DNA of 64,000 bases. Origin: Alphaproteobacteria bacterium. GTDB lineage: Bacteria > Pseudomonadota > Alphaproteobacteria > UBA7887. The position numbers were made by a program, and so were the translations under genes. Each line of letters opens with the position of its first letter. Positions within the stretch are counted from its first letter, which is position 1. The stretch covers positions 4,160,001 through 4,224,000 of the forward strand of contig CBDCGL010000011.1 of NCBI GenBank assembly GCA_965216755.1. Reading direction: 5' to 3'. The notes under the pieces were generated by a model that was given only the letters and a program-made list of their open reading frames with translations, searched no databases and had not been told where the DNA came from. Shown piece after piece: positions 29,303 to 39,346 of the stretch.

Positions 29303-31801
29303 GTGTTACTGGGGTTGATGATGCGTTTGCCCGCGGTGGCGAAAATCTTCGAGAGGCAAGGCAAACGGCGCGCGGGCGCGGACGGCTCGGGGTTTGACAG
29401 CGAGATCCGACAAGCGCTGACCCAGCGGCTGTTCAGCGACGTTGCCGGCAATTTCTTCGCCAATTTCCTGAGCGCTGGCGTTATCGCGGCTGTTTTCTGG
29501 AAAACGACCCCGAGTCATTCCCTGGTCGCGTGGTTTGCCTTGTCCCAGGTCATTAATGCCACGGGTGCCCTTGTCGTGATCGCCTTTCACCGTCGGCAAC
29601 ATCTGCTCGAATTGCGGCAATGGGTCGATGTGTTCTCGGTCTATGTCGCGCTTGACGCGATTATGTGGGGTCTCTCAGCATTCATCTTCATAAATGTCGA
29701 TGACCCCATTCGTGCATCTTTTCTGATTATAAATCTGCTCGCAAATGTGGCCGGTGCAACGACCTCGTTTGTTACATTTCGGCAAATGTTCATTATTTTC
29801 AATACTATTGCTGTATTGATGGTAGGTATAACATTATTGTTTTCTGGGAATCTAATATTTGTTGTCTTGGCCCCGCTATCGTTAGTTTATTGGTTTATTA
29901 TGTTTAATCTTGGGACAAGATTTAATAAGAACATTATTACAAGTCTCCGACTTCAATTCGAACTGCAGGAAAGCGAAGCGGAACTCAAGCAAAGCAGGGA
30001 TTTCCTGGAAGAGCGTGTCCAGGAACGTACCCACCAACTGAGCGATCTGAACCAGGAACTCTCGAAACGCGAGGCGCTCTATCGCGCCGTGGTTGAGGTT
30101 CAAAGCGAGCTTCTGTTTCGCTTCACGCCAGCCGGCAACCTGACCTTCGCCAATGAGGCGTTTTGTCGCTTTTTCGGTATTCCGGCGGCAGCGATTGCCG
30201 AATCCAGCCTCGGTCCCGACGGCACGGCCGGTGTTCTGGCAGCCAATACCGCATCACAGCTGAGGGAAATGGCCCAAAACCTAACGCAAGCGACGCCGGC
30301 GGCGACCACCGAATCCCACGGTCCGAGCGCTGATGGCCGCACGCGTTGGTTGTTGTGGACGCTCAAGGGGCTGTTTAACGACAACGGCACGGCGGTCGAG
30401 TGCCAAGGCGTCGCGATCGACATCACCGAACGCAAGGAAGCCGAACGCCACATCGCCTTCATTGCTCATCACGACGCGCTGACCGGCCTGCCCAATCGTC
30501 ACCTGTTCCGCGAGCGTCTTGAACAAGCGACCGGTGCAGACAGCCACGGCCAGGCCGCCGTTGTCATGCTCGATCTGGACGGTTTCAAGGAGATCAACGA
30601 CTCGCTCGGACACGTCAATGGCGACGTCTTGCTGTGCCAGGCCGCCAGCCGCATTCAAAACTATTGCGGCACCGATGCGACGGTGTCGCGACTTGGCGGC
30701 GACGAATTCGGCGTGATCATGCGCAACGTTGAATCCGACGATGCTGTAGCTATCATTGTTGAGCGTATTATTCAACAACTAGAGATGCCGATCGAGATCG
30801 AAGGACATTGGGTCCGCGTTGGCGCCAGCGCCGGCATCGCCATGTATCCCGGTGACGCGACGCTGCCCGACCAACTGATCAAGAATGCTGATTTGTCTTT
30901 GAATCGGGCAAAAGAACGGGGCCGGGCCACATACGTTTTCTACTCCAGCGATTTGGCCATGGAAGCCGAGCGCCGCATCCGCATCATTACAGGCTTGCGC
31001 CACGCGCTGGAAAGTGACGCGCTCGACCTAGCCTTTCAACCGAAGATACGGATCGAAGATGGTAAGGTCGTCGGCAGCGAAGCGCTGGTCCGCTGGACAG
31101 ACAAAATCGAAGGGCCGATTTCGCCTGCCGAGTTCATTCCGATCGCGGAGACCGCCGGGCTCAGCGTTCCGATTGGCGATTGGGTTGTGCGCAATGTGTG
31201 TCGGCAACTGGCCGCGTGGCGCGACGCGGGCCATCCTTTGTTGCCAGTCTCCGTAAATCTCTCGGCCGTTCAGTTTTCGGACCAAAAATTACTTAGTAAA
31301 GTAAATGATGCGCTTTCGGATTATCAGGTCGCGCCACACATCATCGAATTCGAAATCACCGAAACCGCGCTAATGACCGATATGGCGCAGGCGTTGGAAA
31401 CCATGGAGGCTTTGGTCGGCATCGGGTTCAAATTGTCGATCGATGACTTTGGCGTTGGATATTCTTCATTTGGCTATCTGCGTTCCATGCCGGTGTCGGT
31501 CATCAAGATCGATCGAACGTTCGTCAGCGATGTGGTGCAGAACGAGGAAAGCCACGCCATTTTGCGCGCGATGATCGATTTGGGCCACAGTCTGGGCTTG
31601 CGCGTCTTGACAGAAGGCGTTGAGACGCTTGAGCAATACGTGGTTTTGGAAGCCATCGGCTGCGACATGGTGCAAGGATATTTCACCGGACGGCCGGCGC
31701 CGGCCGAACAGTTTATGGCAGCGACGGAGGCACGTGGTTTCAGCGAGCCGGGTCACACCATGGCGGTTGCGTCGACCACCAAATTGTTGATGCACAGCTA
31801 A
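29303..31801 (+). CDS. Membrane-bound PAS-GGDEF-EAL c-di-GMP enzyme
   Basis: About 6 TM helices, PAS (NEAFCRFFG...DITERK), HDALTGLPN, RLGGDEF, EALVRW, DDFGVGYSS. Confidence 0.93.
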   Translation: MLLGLMMRLPAVAKIFERQGKRRAGADGSGFDSEIRQALTQRLFSDVAGNFFANFLSAGVIAAVFWKTTPSHSLVAWFALSQVINATGALVVIAFHRRQHLLELRQWVDVFSVYVALDAIMWGLSAFIFINVDDPIRASFLIINLLANVAGATTSFVTFRQMFIIFNTIAVLMVGITLLFSGNLIFVVLAPLSLVYWFIMFNLGTRFNKNIITSLRLQFELQESEAELKQSRDFLEERVQERTHQLSDLNQELSKREALYRAVVEVQSELLFRFTPAGNLTFANEAFCRFFGIPAAAIAESSLGPDGTAGVLAANTASQLREMAQNLTQATPAATTESHGPSADGRTRWLLWTLKGLFNDNGTAVECQGVAIDITERKEAERHIAFIAHHDALTGLPNRHLFRERLEQATGADSHGQAAVVMLDLDGFKEINDSLGHVNGDVLLCQAASRIQNYCGTDATVSRLGGDEFGVIMRNVESDDAVAIIVERIIQQLEMPIEIEGHWVRVGASAGIAMYPGDATLPDQLIKNADLSLNRAKERGRATYVFYSSDLAMEAERRIRIITGLRHALESDALDLAFQPKIRIEDGKVVGSEALVRWTDKIEGPISPAEFIPIAETAGLSVPIGDWVVRNVCRQLAAWRDAGHPLLPVSVNLSAVQFSDQKLLSKVNDALSDYQVAPHIIEFEITETALMTDMAQALETMEALVGIGFKLSIDDFGVGYSSFGYLRSMPVSVIKIDRTFVSDVVQNEESHAILRAMIDLGHSLGLRVLTEGVETLEQYVVLEAIGCDMVQGYFTGRPAPAEQFMAATEARGFSEPGHTMAVASTTKLLMHS

Positions 31802-31812
31802 TTATGTCTCAC

Positions 31813-33048
31813 CTAGGCTGGCTCGCCGACAGTGTCCTCGACGCGGCAGTTCGGTTCGGGTGCGATCTGGCCCAATCGCTCGACAATCTCTAAACCATCG
31901 ACACCACCCCGGGCGGCCACCACGTTCATGGTCACATGTTGGGAGGCTGAGTCGATCGTTGCCGGTCCCGTTGGCGTGTCAAATGTCAGGCCGCGCAGCC
32001 CCGCGATCGTTGGCTCTGGCGCGGCATCGCCGATCCGTCGCCAGGCCGCACGCAGGGCCATCACCGCATTGTAGTGGGTCATCGCCAAGTAGCCGATCGG
32101 CGTGTCCGCGCCGAACAACCGCCGCACGCGCTGGACGAAACCGGGAACACCCTTTTCTGGGTCCGTGACGGCAAACGGCGTTGTGGTGTGGATCCGCTCA
32201 GCCTGCGCCGGTGTCAGGCGCGCATTCAAGGTCTCGTTATATCCGATCCAACCGATCTGCAGCCGCTCAAGCAGCGCCATTTCGTCGGCCTGGCGGACAA
32301 ACTCGCACCCATGGCGGCGCATCACGCAGAACAGCACGACCTCGGCGCCGACTTTGTCAATCCATTTCAGGATCGGGGTGAAGTCGCGCTCGCCAACGTT
32401 GGTTTGGGCTTGGCCCAACACTTCGATATCACGCTCGGCCATGGGAAACCGGATCTGGCGAAACATCGAGGTTTGCCAACTGGGATACGACCCGACCATG
32501 AAATAGCGCTTACCGGCGCCGCCGTCGTCCAGAAACTTTACCAGGCTATGACCATCGTGATTGACGGTCGGGCCGACGGAAAACAGGGTCGGGTGGCAAA
32601 ACCGGCCCTCATGGTTGGAGGCATTGACCAGCGGTACTTTGCGGCGGCCCAAATAACGCGCCGCATAGCGTCGGCCGGCCGAGACCCAGGGGCCGACAAA
32701 CGCCGCGACACCCTGGTTGTCGATCATGTCATGGCAGACTTTTGGCAAAACCGCCGGGCTGGTGGCGGAGTCGCCATAAATCACCTGCAACTCGCGGCCT
32801 AGGGCACCGCCGGCCCCATTGATCTCGGCAATCGCGGTTTCGATGCCCATGCGCATCTGCGCGGCATAGGCCTCCGCGTCGCCGGTCAGAGGCAGCAGGG
32901 CACCGATCCGGAGTGGTCCCGGTAGCGCCAAAGCCGGTGCCGCAATGCCAGAGACGCATGCCGCGCCGAGCCCCCGCAGAACCGCGCGCCGATTATGGCC
33001 GATTGTCGCGGCTCCGCTTCGCAGATATCGCCCGTCATGCCTGCCCAT
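31813..33048 (-). CDS. AmiC/UrtA-like amide or branched-chain amino acid binding protein, Tat-exported
   Basis: NRRAVL twin-arginine signal, IGALLPLTG, EINGAGGALGR. Confidence 0.8.
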   Translation of the reverse strand: MGRHDGRYLRSGAATIGHNRRAVLRGLGAACVSGIAAPALALPGPLRIGALLPLTGDAEAYAAQMRMGIETAIAEINGAGGALGRELQVIYGDSATSPAVLPKVCHDMIDNQGVAAFVGPWVSAGRRYAARYLGRRKVPLVNASNHEGRFCHPTLFSVGPTVNHDGHSLVKFLDDGGAGKRYFMVGSYPSWQTSMFRQIRFPMAERDIEVLGQAQTNVGERDFTPILKWIDKVGAEVVLFCVMRRHGCEFVRQADEMALLERLQIGWIGYNETLNARLTPAQAERIHTTTPFAVTDPEKGVPGFVQRVRRLFGADTPIGYLAMTHYNAVMALRAAWRRIGDAAPEPTIAGLRGLTFDTPTGPATIDSASQHVTMNVVAARGGVDGLEIVERLGQIAPEPNCRVEDTVGEPA

Positions 33049-33206
33049 GGTCGCCCCATCGATCGCATATGTTTTCCGCCCGCCAGTCTGCCGGATGCCG
33101 TGCGGGGTGAGCAAGCCGATTGCGCCTCAATTCTTTATTCATCTGGCGCTGGCAGCCTAACTGCGGGACCGCACGCAGCGGTCGCGAGCGAAACACGGAA
33201 TGCGCC

Positions 33207-34310
33207 ATGGCCAAAGTGCTCACCGACAGCCTTCAAGACCGAATTGCGGATCGGTCGCGCCGCCACATGCGGATCAGCATGCGCGACCATGGTTGGGTCG
33301 TCGCCTATGCCAGCATTTATGTTTTGATCGTCTACGCCTTGGTCTGGGGCAAAGGTCACCAGGTGCCGATCATGTCGTTGGACTATGCCGGCATGGCCTT
33401 GGTCCCCGTGGTTTTCGCGGTTGCCGCCCTGGCGCTGGGGCATGTCGTCCATCACGTGGCCCATGTCCGGCCGTTCCAGCTTGGCGCGGTTTGGCGCGCG
33501 GTGCGCGACGATGAGCGGTTGACATTGGAGCGGGCCATTTATTGCGCCGTTCCTTTGGTCGTTATCCCTTTTTTTAATAAAGCCTATTCGACCTTCAAGA
33601 CCTTGCTTGGCCAATTCCAGCCATACGATTGGGATCCGCAACTGGCGGCATGGGATCAGTGGCTGCATTTCGGCGTGCACCCGTGGGAATTGCTGCAGCC
33701 GTTGCTTGGTTCGCCGCTGATCACGTCGGCCATCAGCTATCTCTATAATTTCTGGTTTGGGCTGATGTTTCTGATCGTCTACTGGTTCGTTTTCTCATTG
33801 CAGAACCGCGTCCTGCGGATGCGCTATTTGCTCAGCTTTGTGCTGACCTGGTCGCTCTTGGGTAGCCTGGCGGCAGTTTTCTTCGCGTCCGGCGGGCCCG
33901 TCTACTACGGTCATTTTGTCGGCCCCCCCGATCCCTTTGCGCCTTTGATGAGCTATTTGCTCGACGCCGGAGAGGCCTACCGCAATTGGTCTCTAGAAGC
34001 GCAAAACTATCTGTGGCTAATCCACAAGCACGAACTGCTCGATTTCGGCGGGGGTATATCGGCCATGCCCAGCTTGCATGTTGCCGTCGCCGCGTTGCAG
34101 GCGCTCGCCGCCCGTCATGTCAGCCGCCGCATGTGCGCGATCTTGACCATTTATCTGCTCGTGATCATGGTCGGCTCCGTGCATCTGGGTTGGCACTATG
34201 CCATCGATGGTTATGTTTCCTTGATTGCCGTTTTTGTGATCTGGAAGCTGTCCGGACTGGTGATGCGTTGGCATCCGCTGTCCCGGGCCGACAACACATC
34301 CCCCTTATGA
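33207..34310 (+). CDS. PAP2-superfamily (Aur1/IPC synthase-like) membrane protein
   Basis: SGGP, ISAMPSLHVA, SVHLGWHYAIDG. Confidence 0.85.
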   Translation: MAKVLTDSLQDRIADRSRRHMRISMRDHGWVVAYASIYVLIVYALVWGKGHQVPIMSLDYAGMALVPVVFAVAALALGHVVHHVAHVRPFQLGAVWRAVRDDERLTLERAIYCAVPLVVIPFFNKAYSTFKTLLGQFQPYDWDPQLAAWDQWLHFGVHPWELLQPLLGSPLITSAISYLYNFWFGLMFLIVYWFVFSLQNRVLRMRYLLSFVLTWSLLGSLAAVFFASGGPVYYGHFVGPPDPFAPLMSYLLDAGEAYRNWSLEAQNYLWLIHKHELLDFGGGISAMPSLHVAVAALQALAARHVSRRMCAILTIYLLVIMVGSVHLGWHYAIDGYVSLIAVFVIWKLSGLVMRWHPLSRADNTSPL

Positions 34311-34372
34311 CTTAAGAAAGCGGCCAAACAGCCCTAATATGGGGGCTCCCGCAATCGGCGCAGGGGGCCGTC

Positions 34373-36844
34373 ATGCCAGCAGCACAGACACCGCGACCCG
34401 AGCAGTTTGAGCAGCTTGGGGCGTTCTACCTTGGGCGGCCGTATGATCTTGGGACCGGACAGGTCGCCGGCGGTCCGCTCTTATATGACTCTAAGGATCT
34501 GACAACACACGCCGTGTGTGTTGGCATGACCGGCAGCGGCAAAACCGGCCTCTGCGTCTCGTTGCTCGAGGAAGCTGCCCTCGATGGAATTCCGACCCTC
34601 GCCATCGACCCGAAAGGTGATCTCGGCAATCTCTTACTGACCTTTCCAAAGTTGACCGCCCAAGATTTCGCGCCGTGGATCGATCCCGACGAAGCCGTGC
34701 GCAAGGGCATGACCGTGGCCGAGCGCGCGGCCGCCGTCGCCGCGCTTTGGAAAAAAGGTCTGGCCGCCTGGGGCCAAGACGGCGCGCGGATTGGGAAATT
34801 GCGCGACGCAGCTGATTTCGCCATCTATACGCCCGGCAGTGATGCCGGCATTCCGGTTTCGGTCTTGCGTTCGTTTGCCGCACCGCCGGTTGCCGTGCGC
34901 GACGACGGTGATGTGTTTCGCGAACGGGTCGGGGCGACGGTCGCCGGCCTCCTGGCCATGCTCGGTATTGACGCCGATCCTGTGCAAAGCCGCGAACATG
35001 TGCTGTTGGCGAACATCCTTGATCACGCCTGGCACGCGGGCCGTGATCTGACCATCGAATCGCTGATTCGGGATGTACAGGCGCCGCCGTTCGACAAAGT
35101 GGGGATGTTGGATCTTGAAACGGTTTACCCGTCGAAAGATCGCATGGGTCTGGTCATGGCCATCAACAATCTATTGGCGTCGCCCGGTTTCAGCGCTTGG
35201 CGCGATGGCGTGCCGCTGGACATGCAAAGCCTATTGTGGACGCAAGACGGGCGCCCCCGCATTGCAATCATATCGATTGCGCATCTGAATGATGCTGAGC
35301 GCATGTTTATCGTCACCATGCTTCTCAACGAAATGGTGTCGTGGATGCGCAGCCAAAGTGGCACCACCAGTCTGCGGGCGCTGCTGTACATGGATGAGGT
35401 GTTCGGCTATATGCCGCCAACGGCGAACCCGCCGTCGAAAACACCCATGTTGACGCTCATGAAACAGGCCCGAGCCTACGGTGTCGGCGTTGTCCTGGCG
35501 ACACAGAACCCGGTTGATTTGGACTACAAAGGCTTGTCAAACGCGGGCACTTGGTTCCTTGGGCGTTTGCAAACCGAACGCGATAAGTTGCGCGTTCTCG
35601 ACGGGCTGGAAGGCGCGTCGGCCGCGTCCGGTGCGACGTTCGATCGCGCGCGGGTGGAGACGATTTTGTCAGGATTGGCCAGCCGTGTTTTCTTGATGAA
35701 CAACGTCCATGAAGACGCGCCGATCCTTTTTCACACGCGCTGGGCAATGTCCTATTTGCGCGGACCGCTGATCCGCGATCAGATCAAAGCGCTGATGGCG
35801 GGCCGGGCTAAAGCATCAGCACATCCAACGACCGTCGCCGAACCCGAACCGGCGGGTCGGCAAGACCGCGGCAGTGGCACGTTGCCTATCGTTCCCTCCG
35901 TGGCCGCCGAACGTTTTGCCGCGGCTGATTTGGCCGCGCCGGCCGATGCGAATTTATTGTATCGCCCGGCGCTTTTGGGCTTTGCCGATGTGCACTATGT
36001 CAATGCACGGGCGAAGGTCGATACATGGCGCAAGGTGGTGCGCCTTGCCCATTTGCGTGGGGCGGCGCACAATGTTTGGGGCGATGCGCTTTCCGTTGCG
36101 CCCGATGCCCTGCGTCTCGAAGAGGCGCCGCGCGACGGTGCGCGATTTGCGACATTGCCGGCACGTGCCGGTCGCGAGAAAGTGTATCCGTCGTGGCAGA
36201 ATGCGCTGCGTCTGGCCATTTATCGCGACTGCGCATTGACTTCATGGAACTGCAAGGTGTTGAAATTAACTTCAACGCCAGACGAGAACGAGCGCGCATT
36301 CCGCGTTCGCGTCCGTGACGCGGCCCACGAAACGCGTGACTTGGCGATCGAAAAGTTGCGCAACAAATACGCGCCGAAACTGGCGCGGCTTGAGGAACGC
36401 ATCCGCAAAGCCGAGGCGCGGATCGCCCGCGAAGCATCGCAATACTCGCAGCAGAAGGTCCAAACCGCGATTTCGATCGGAGCCACTGTTTTGGGCGCCT
36501 TGTTTGGCCGCAAACTGGGCAGTGCGTCGACGGTGGGCCGGGCGACAACCGCGGCACGCGGGGCCAGCCGGGCGGCGCGCGAACGCCGCGACGTTGCACG
36601 CGCGCGCGAAGATCGCGATGCGCTGGAGCGGCAACTCGCCGACTTGTCTGATCGTTTCGACGAAGACGCACGCGCGCTACGCGAGAAATTTGACCCCGAC
36701 AACCTCGATATTCGGGAGCGAGCCGTGCGACCACGTAAAGCGGACATCACGATTGAGGCGCTGCATTTGGTGTGGTTGCCATGGTGGGTCGACGATGCCG
36801 GCGTCGCGCAACCGGCCTATGATTTGGGTGAGGTCGCGTCATGA
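34373..36844 (+). CDS. HerA/FtsK-superfamily (DUF87-type) P-loop ATPase with C-terminal coiled coil
   Basis: GMTGSGKT, IDPKGD, YMDE, ARAYG, LATQNP. Confidence 0.85.
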   Translation: MPAAQTPRPEQFEQLGAFYLGRPYDLGTGQVAGGPLLYDSKDLTTHAVCVGMTGSGKTGLCVSLLEEAALDGIPTLAIDPKGDLGNLLLTFPKLTAQDFAPWIDPDEAVRKGMTVAERAAAVAALWKKGLAAWGQDGARIGKLRDAADFAIYTPGSDAGIPVSVLRSFAAPPVAVRDDGDVFRERVGATVAGLLAMLGIDADPVQSREHVLLANILDHAWHAGRDLTIESLIRDVQAPPFDKVGMLDLETVYPSKDRMGLVMAINNLLASPGFSAWRDGVPLDMQSLLWTQDGRPRIAIISIAHLNDAERMFIVTMLLNEMVSWMRSQSGTTSLRALLYMDEVFGYMPPTANPPSKTPMLTLMKQARAYGVGVVLATQNPVDLDYKGLSNAGTWFLGRLQTERDKLRVLDGLEGASAASGATFDRARVETILSGLASRVFLMNNVHEDAPILFHTRWAMSYLRGPLIRDQIKALMAGRAKASAHPTTVAEPEPAGRQDRGSGTLPIVPSVAAERFAAADLAAPADANLLYRPALLGFADVHYVNARAKVDTWRKVVRLAHLRGAAHNVWGDALSVAPDALRLEEAPRDGARFATLPARAGREKVYPSWQNALRLAIYRDCALTSWNCKVLKLTSTPDENERAFRVRVRDAAHETRDLAIEKLRNKYAPKLARLEERIRKAEARIAREASQYSQQKVQTAISIGATVLGALFGRKLGSASTVGRATTAARGASRAARERRDVARAREDRDALERQLADLSDRFDEDARALREKFDPDNLDIRERAVRPRKADITIEALHLVWLPWWVDDAGVAQPAYDLGEVAS

Positions 36845-37542
36845 CGGCGCGTGATCCGGGCGCGACGCCCGTCAAAATGACCTATTTTTCTGATGTCTTG
36901 TGTATTTGGGCGTATTGCGCCGAGGCCCGCGTCGCGGAAGTGAAGGCACAATTCGGCGACAACGTTGCCATTGACTATCGGTTTTGCGAGATCTTCGCTG
37001 ACACCGCCACGCGCGTCGGCCAAGGCTGGGAGGCGCGTGGCGGATATGACGCATTTGGCGCCCATGTGCATGAAGTGGCGGCCAAATTTGGCCATGTGAC
37101 CGTCCATCCGGAGCTGTGGATCAAGGTGCGGCCGGCATCGTCGGCCAGTGCCCATATGTTTCTGAAGGCGATCGGTTTATGGCAGGCGACGAAGGCGCCT
37201 GCTCCTACACCCGGGGTGTTGGAGCAGGCTGCGTGGGCCGTGCGGCTTGCTTTCTTCCGCGATGGGCGCGATATCGCGACCCGCACCACGCAAAACGCTA
37301 TCGCAGACGAGCTCGAATTGCCCGTTGATGCAATCAATGTGTTTATCGACAACGGCGGGGCGATGGCGGCCTTGTGGCATGACCATCAAGCCGCCGAGCA
37401 CTTTCGAATCGAAGGCAGCCCGACATTCTTGCTCAATGACGGCCGCCAAAAGCTCTATGGCAACGTTGGTTATCGTGTCATCGAAGCCAATTTGCGTGAA
37501 CTGCTCAGCGCGCCCGACGCGGCGCAGGCGAGTTGGTGTTGA
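36841..37542 (+). CDS. DsbA/FrnE-like thioredoxin-fold protein
   Basis: FSDVLCIWA (CxxA), IEGSPTF, C-terminal SWC; ATGA coupling to the ATPase. Confidence 0.8.
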   Translation: MTARDPGATPVKMTYFSDVLCIWAYCAEARVAEVKAQFGDNVAIDYRFCEIFADTATRVGQGWEARGGYDAFGAHVHEVAAKFGHVTVHPELWIKVRPASSASAHMFLKAIGLWQATKAPAPTPGVLEQAAWAVRLAFFRDGRDIATRTTQNAIADELELPVDAINVFIDNGGAMAALWHDHQAAEHFRIEGSPTFLLNDGRQKLYGNVGYRVIEANLRELLSAPDAAQASWC

Positions 37543-37561
37543 AGACCAGCTGGGCGAGCGC

Positions 37562-38038
37562 CTACGCGTCGGCGAGCGCGATGACGAAACGAGGCAGGCG
37601 GCGGCCGGGAATGGACGCCGATGGCGACTCGCCGGCGCGCACGCAGCCCATGCGCGCGTAAAACCCGGCCGCGTTGGGATCCGAATCGATCGTCAGTTGT
37701 TTGACGCCGGCGCGGTGGGCCTGGTTTGTCAAATGCCGGAAAAGGGCGGCCCCGACGCCCCGGCCAATTTGACTCGGTTCCACAAACAGGGCGGCAACCT
37801 CGGCCATATCCGGCGCGGTCAGGTCCAGGCTGTAGTAGCCTATGGGGCGGCCGTCCCGCTCGGCTACGAAAACGGTTTCTGTCGCCAGGCGGGCGGGCGT
37901 GATCGTCAATTCCGCGCGGGATCTTGCCATGAAGTCGGCGTCATAGCCCCAATGGGCCTTTGATGCCAAACCGAGGGTCGTCAGAGGCCCGGCGTCGGCC
38001 GTGGTCGCCCGGCGTATGGTGAATTGCGCTAGAGTCAT
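37562..38038 (-). CDS. GNAT N-acetyltransferase
   Basis: SKAHWGY, LFVEP...GRGVG, SDPNAAGFY. Confidence 0.85.
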   Translation of the reverse strand: MTLAQFTIRRATTADAGPLTTLGLASKAHWGYDADFMARSRAELTITPARLATETVFVAERDGRPIGYYSLDLTAPDMAEVAALFVEPSQIGRGVGAALFRHLTNQAHRAGVKQLTIDSDPNAAGFYARMGCVRAGESPSASIPGRRLPRFVIALADA

Positions 38039-38063
38039 GTGGTTTGGCCCAAGGATATCGCCG

Positions 38064-39185
38064 ATGGGATGCCCGCTCAAATTGTCCGGCCTTGTACTGT
38101 TGACGTTGCTTTTATCGCCGGTTGCCGCGCGCGCGGATTCACCGACGCCGCCGGATGTCCGGCTCCCCGCCGGCCATGTCAGCTTGATCGCCGTGGGGCC
38201 CCCGGAAGAAATCGCCGGTTCGTTTGCCCGCCTGTTTCACTACCGATTGTACCTGCCGGCCGACTACCACGCCGCGGCGCCAGCGCGCTATCCGGTGATG
38301 TTCATCGCCTCGCCAAGTGGCCATGCGTCCATGGGCGCCATGGCGGCGCGTTTGCGGCGTGACCGCTGGGTGGTCGTTATGTTGGTCGAGTCGCGCAACG
38401 GTTCGAACGATTGGATGCCCAATTTCCTGGCCGCCCATGATGACGTGATGGGCCGTGTGCGCGTTCATCCTGACATGAAGTTCTGTACCGGATTGTCCGG
38501 CGGCGCGCGCGTATGCAGCGTCTATCCCGGAATGCGCAGCGGGTTTCGCGGCCTGGTCCTACAGGCTGCGGGCTTGTGGAGCCCGCGCATTTTTGCCGAT
38601 GGCGCCAACCGGGATTTGGTCATCTACGGCACGTTCGGTGCCTTCGATTTCAATCTCAAATTTGCCCGCCAAGTGCGGCGCGCGATCCCGCCCGGTGCGC
38701 GCGGGCTGGCCGAGGTCTGGGATGGCGGCCACGCTTGGGCGCCGCCCGAAGTATTTGATCGCGCCATGGATTGGGTCGAAGACGCTGTCTTTTTGCGCGG
38801 CGGTCTGCGCGCCGACCATCGTGATCTGGACCGCTGGTACCTCGACAATCGGCTGGCCGCTTTCGAACGCCTTGCCAACGACCCGACCCTGGCGGTGGCG
38901 ACCATGGCCGACCGGTTGCTCCGGTTTGCCGCCCATCGCCGTCTTGACTTGGATCCATCTATCGCCGGCATGTTGAGGTCGGCGGCCGATCGTCGGACCG
39001 CGGCTGATCGCGCGGCGCAATCATATTATCGGCTCTTGATAGGAGAGCAGGGGCTGCGTGGAAATGGGTTACCGGTGATCGCCGATCAATATCAGGCCCT
39101 GAGTGACCGGTTTCCAAAGACCGATTTTGGTCGGCGCGCCGGCCAGCGGGCGCGGGCCCTTGCCTTTGAAACGGGTCGTCGATGA
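38064..39185 (+). CDS. Secreted alpha/beta hydrolase-like protein
   Basis: Signal peptide, GLSGG nucleophile elbow, GGH. Confidence 0.65.
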   Translation: MGCPLKLSGLVLLTLLLSPVAARADSPTPPDVRLPAGHVSLIAVGPPEEIAGSFARLFHYRLYLPADYHAAAPARYPVMFIASPSGHASMGAMAARLRRDRWVVVMLVESRNGSNDWMPNFLAAHDDVMGRVRVHPDMKFCTGLSGGARVCSVYPGMRSGFRGLVLQAAGLWSPRIFADGANRDLVIYGTFGAFDFNLKFARQVRRAIPPGARGLAEVWDGGHAWAPPEVFDRAMDWVEDAVFLRGGLRADHRDLDRWYLDNRLAAFERLANDPTLAVATMADRLLRFAAHRRLDLDPSIAGMLRSAADRRTAADRAAQSYYRLLIGEQGLRGNGLPVIADQYQALSDRFPKTDFGRRAGQRARALAFETGRR

Positions 39186-39346
39186 TCGAATAGCCGTGGA
39201 CCCGACCTGTCGATTGGCATTGGCGCGACGATCGGTCATAATTGCGTCGAGCCCGTGGGGACTTCTGGACGCGGACAAGAGGCCTGGCGCGTTAACGAAC
39301 GTGCGCCGCGCTTGTGGCGGTGCAGGTAGATGCCGGAGTCCGCGGA

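Noticed and set aside
34373-36844. HerA-based anti-phage system or conjugative VirB4
   Set aside because: No nuclease, Sir2 or T4SS neighbours
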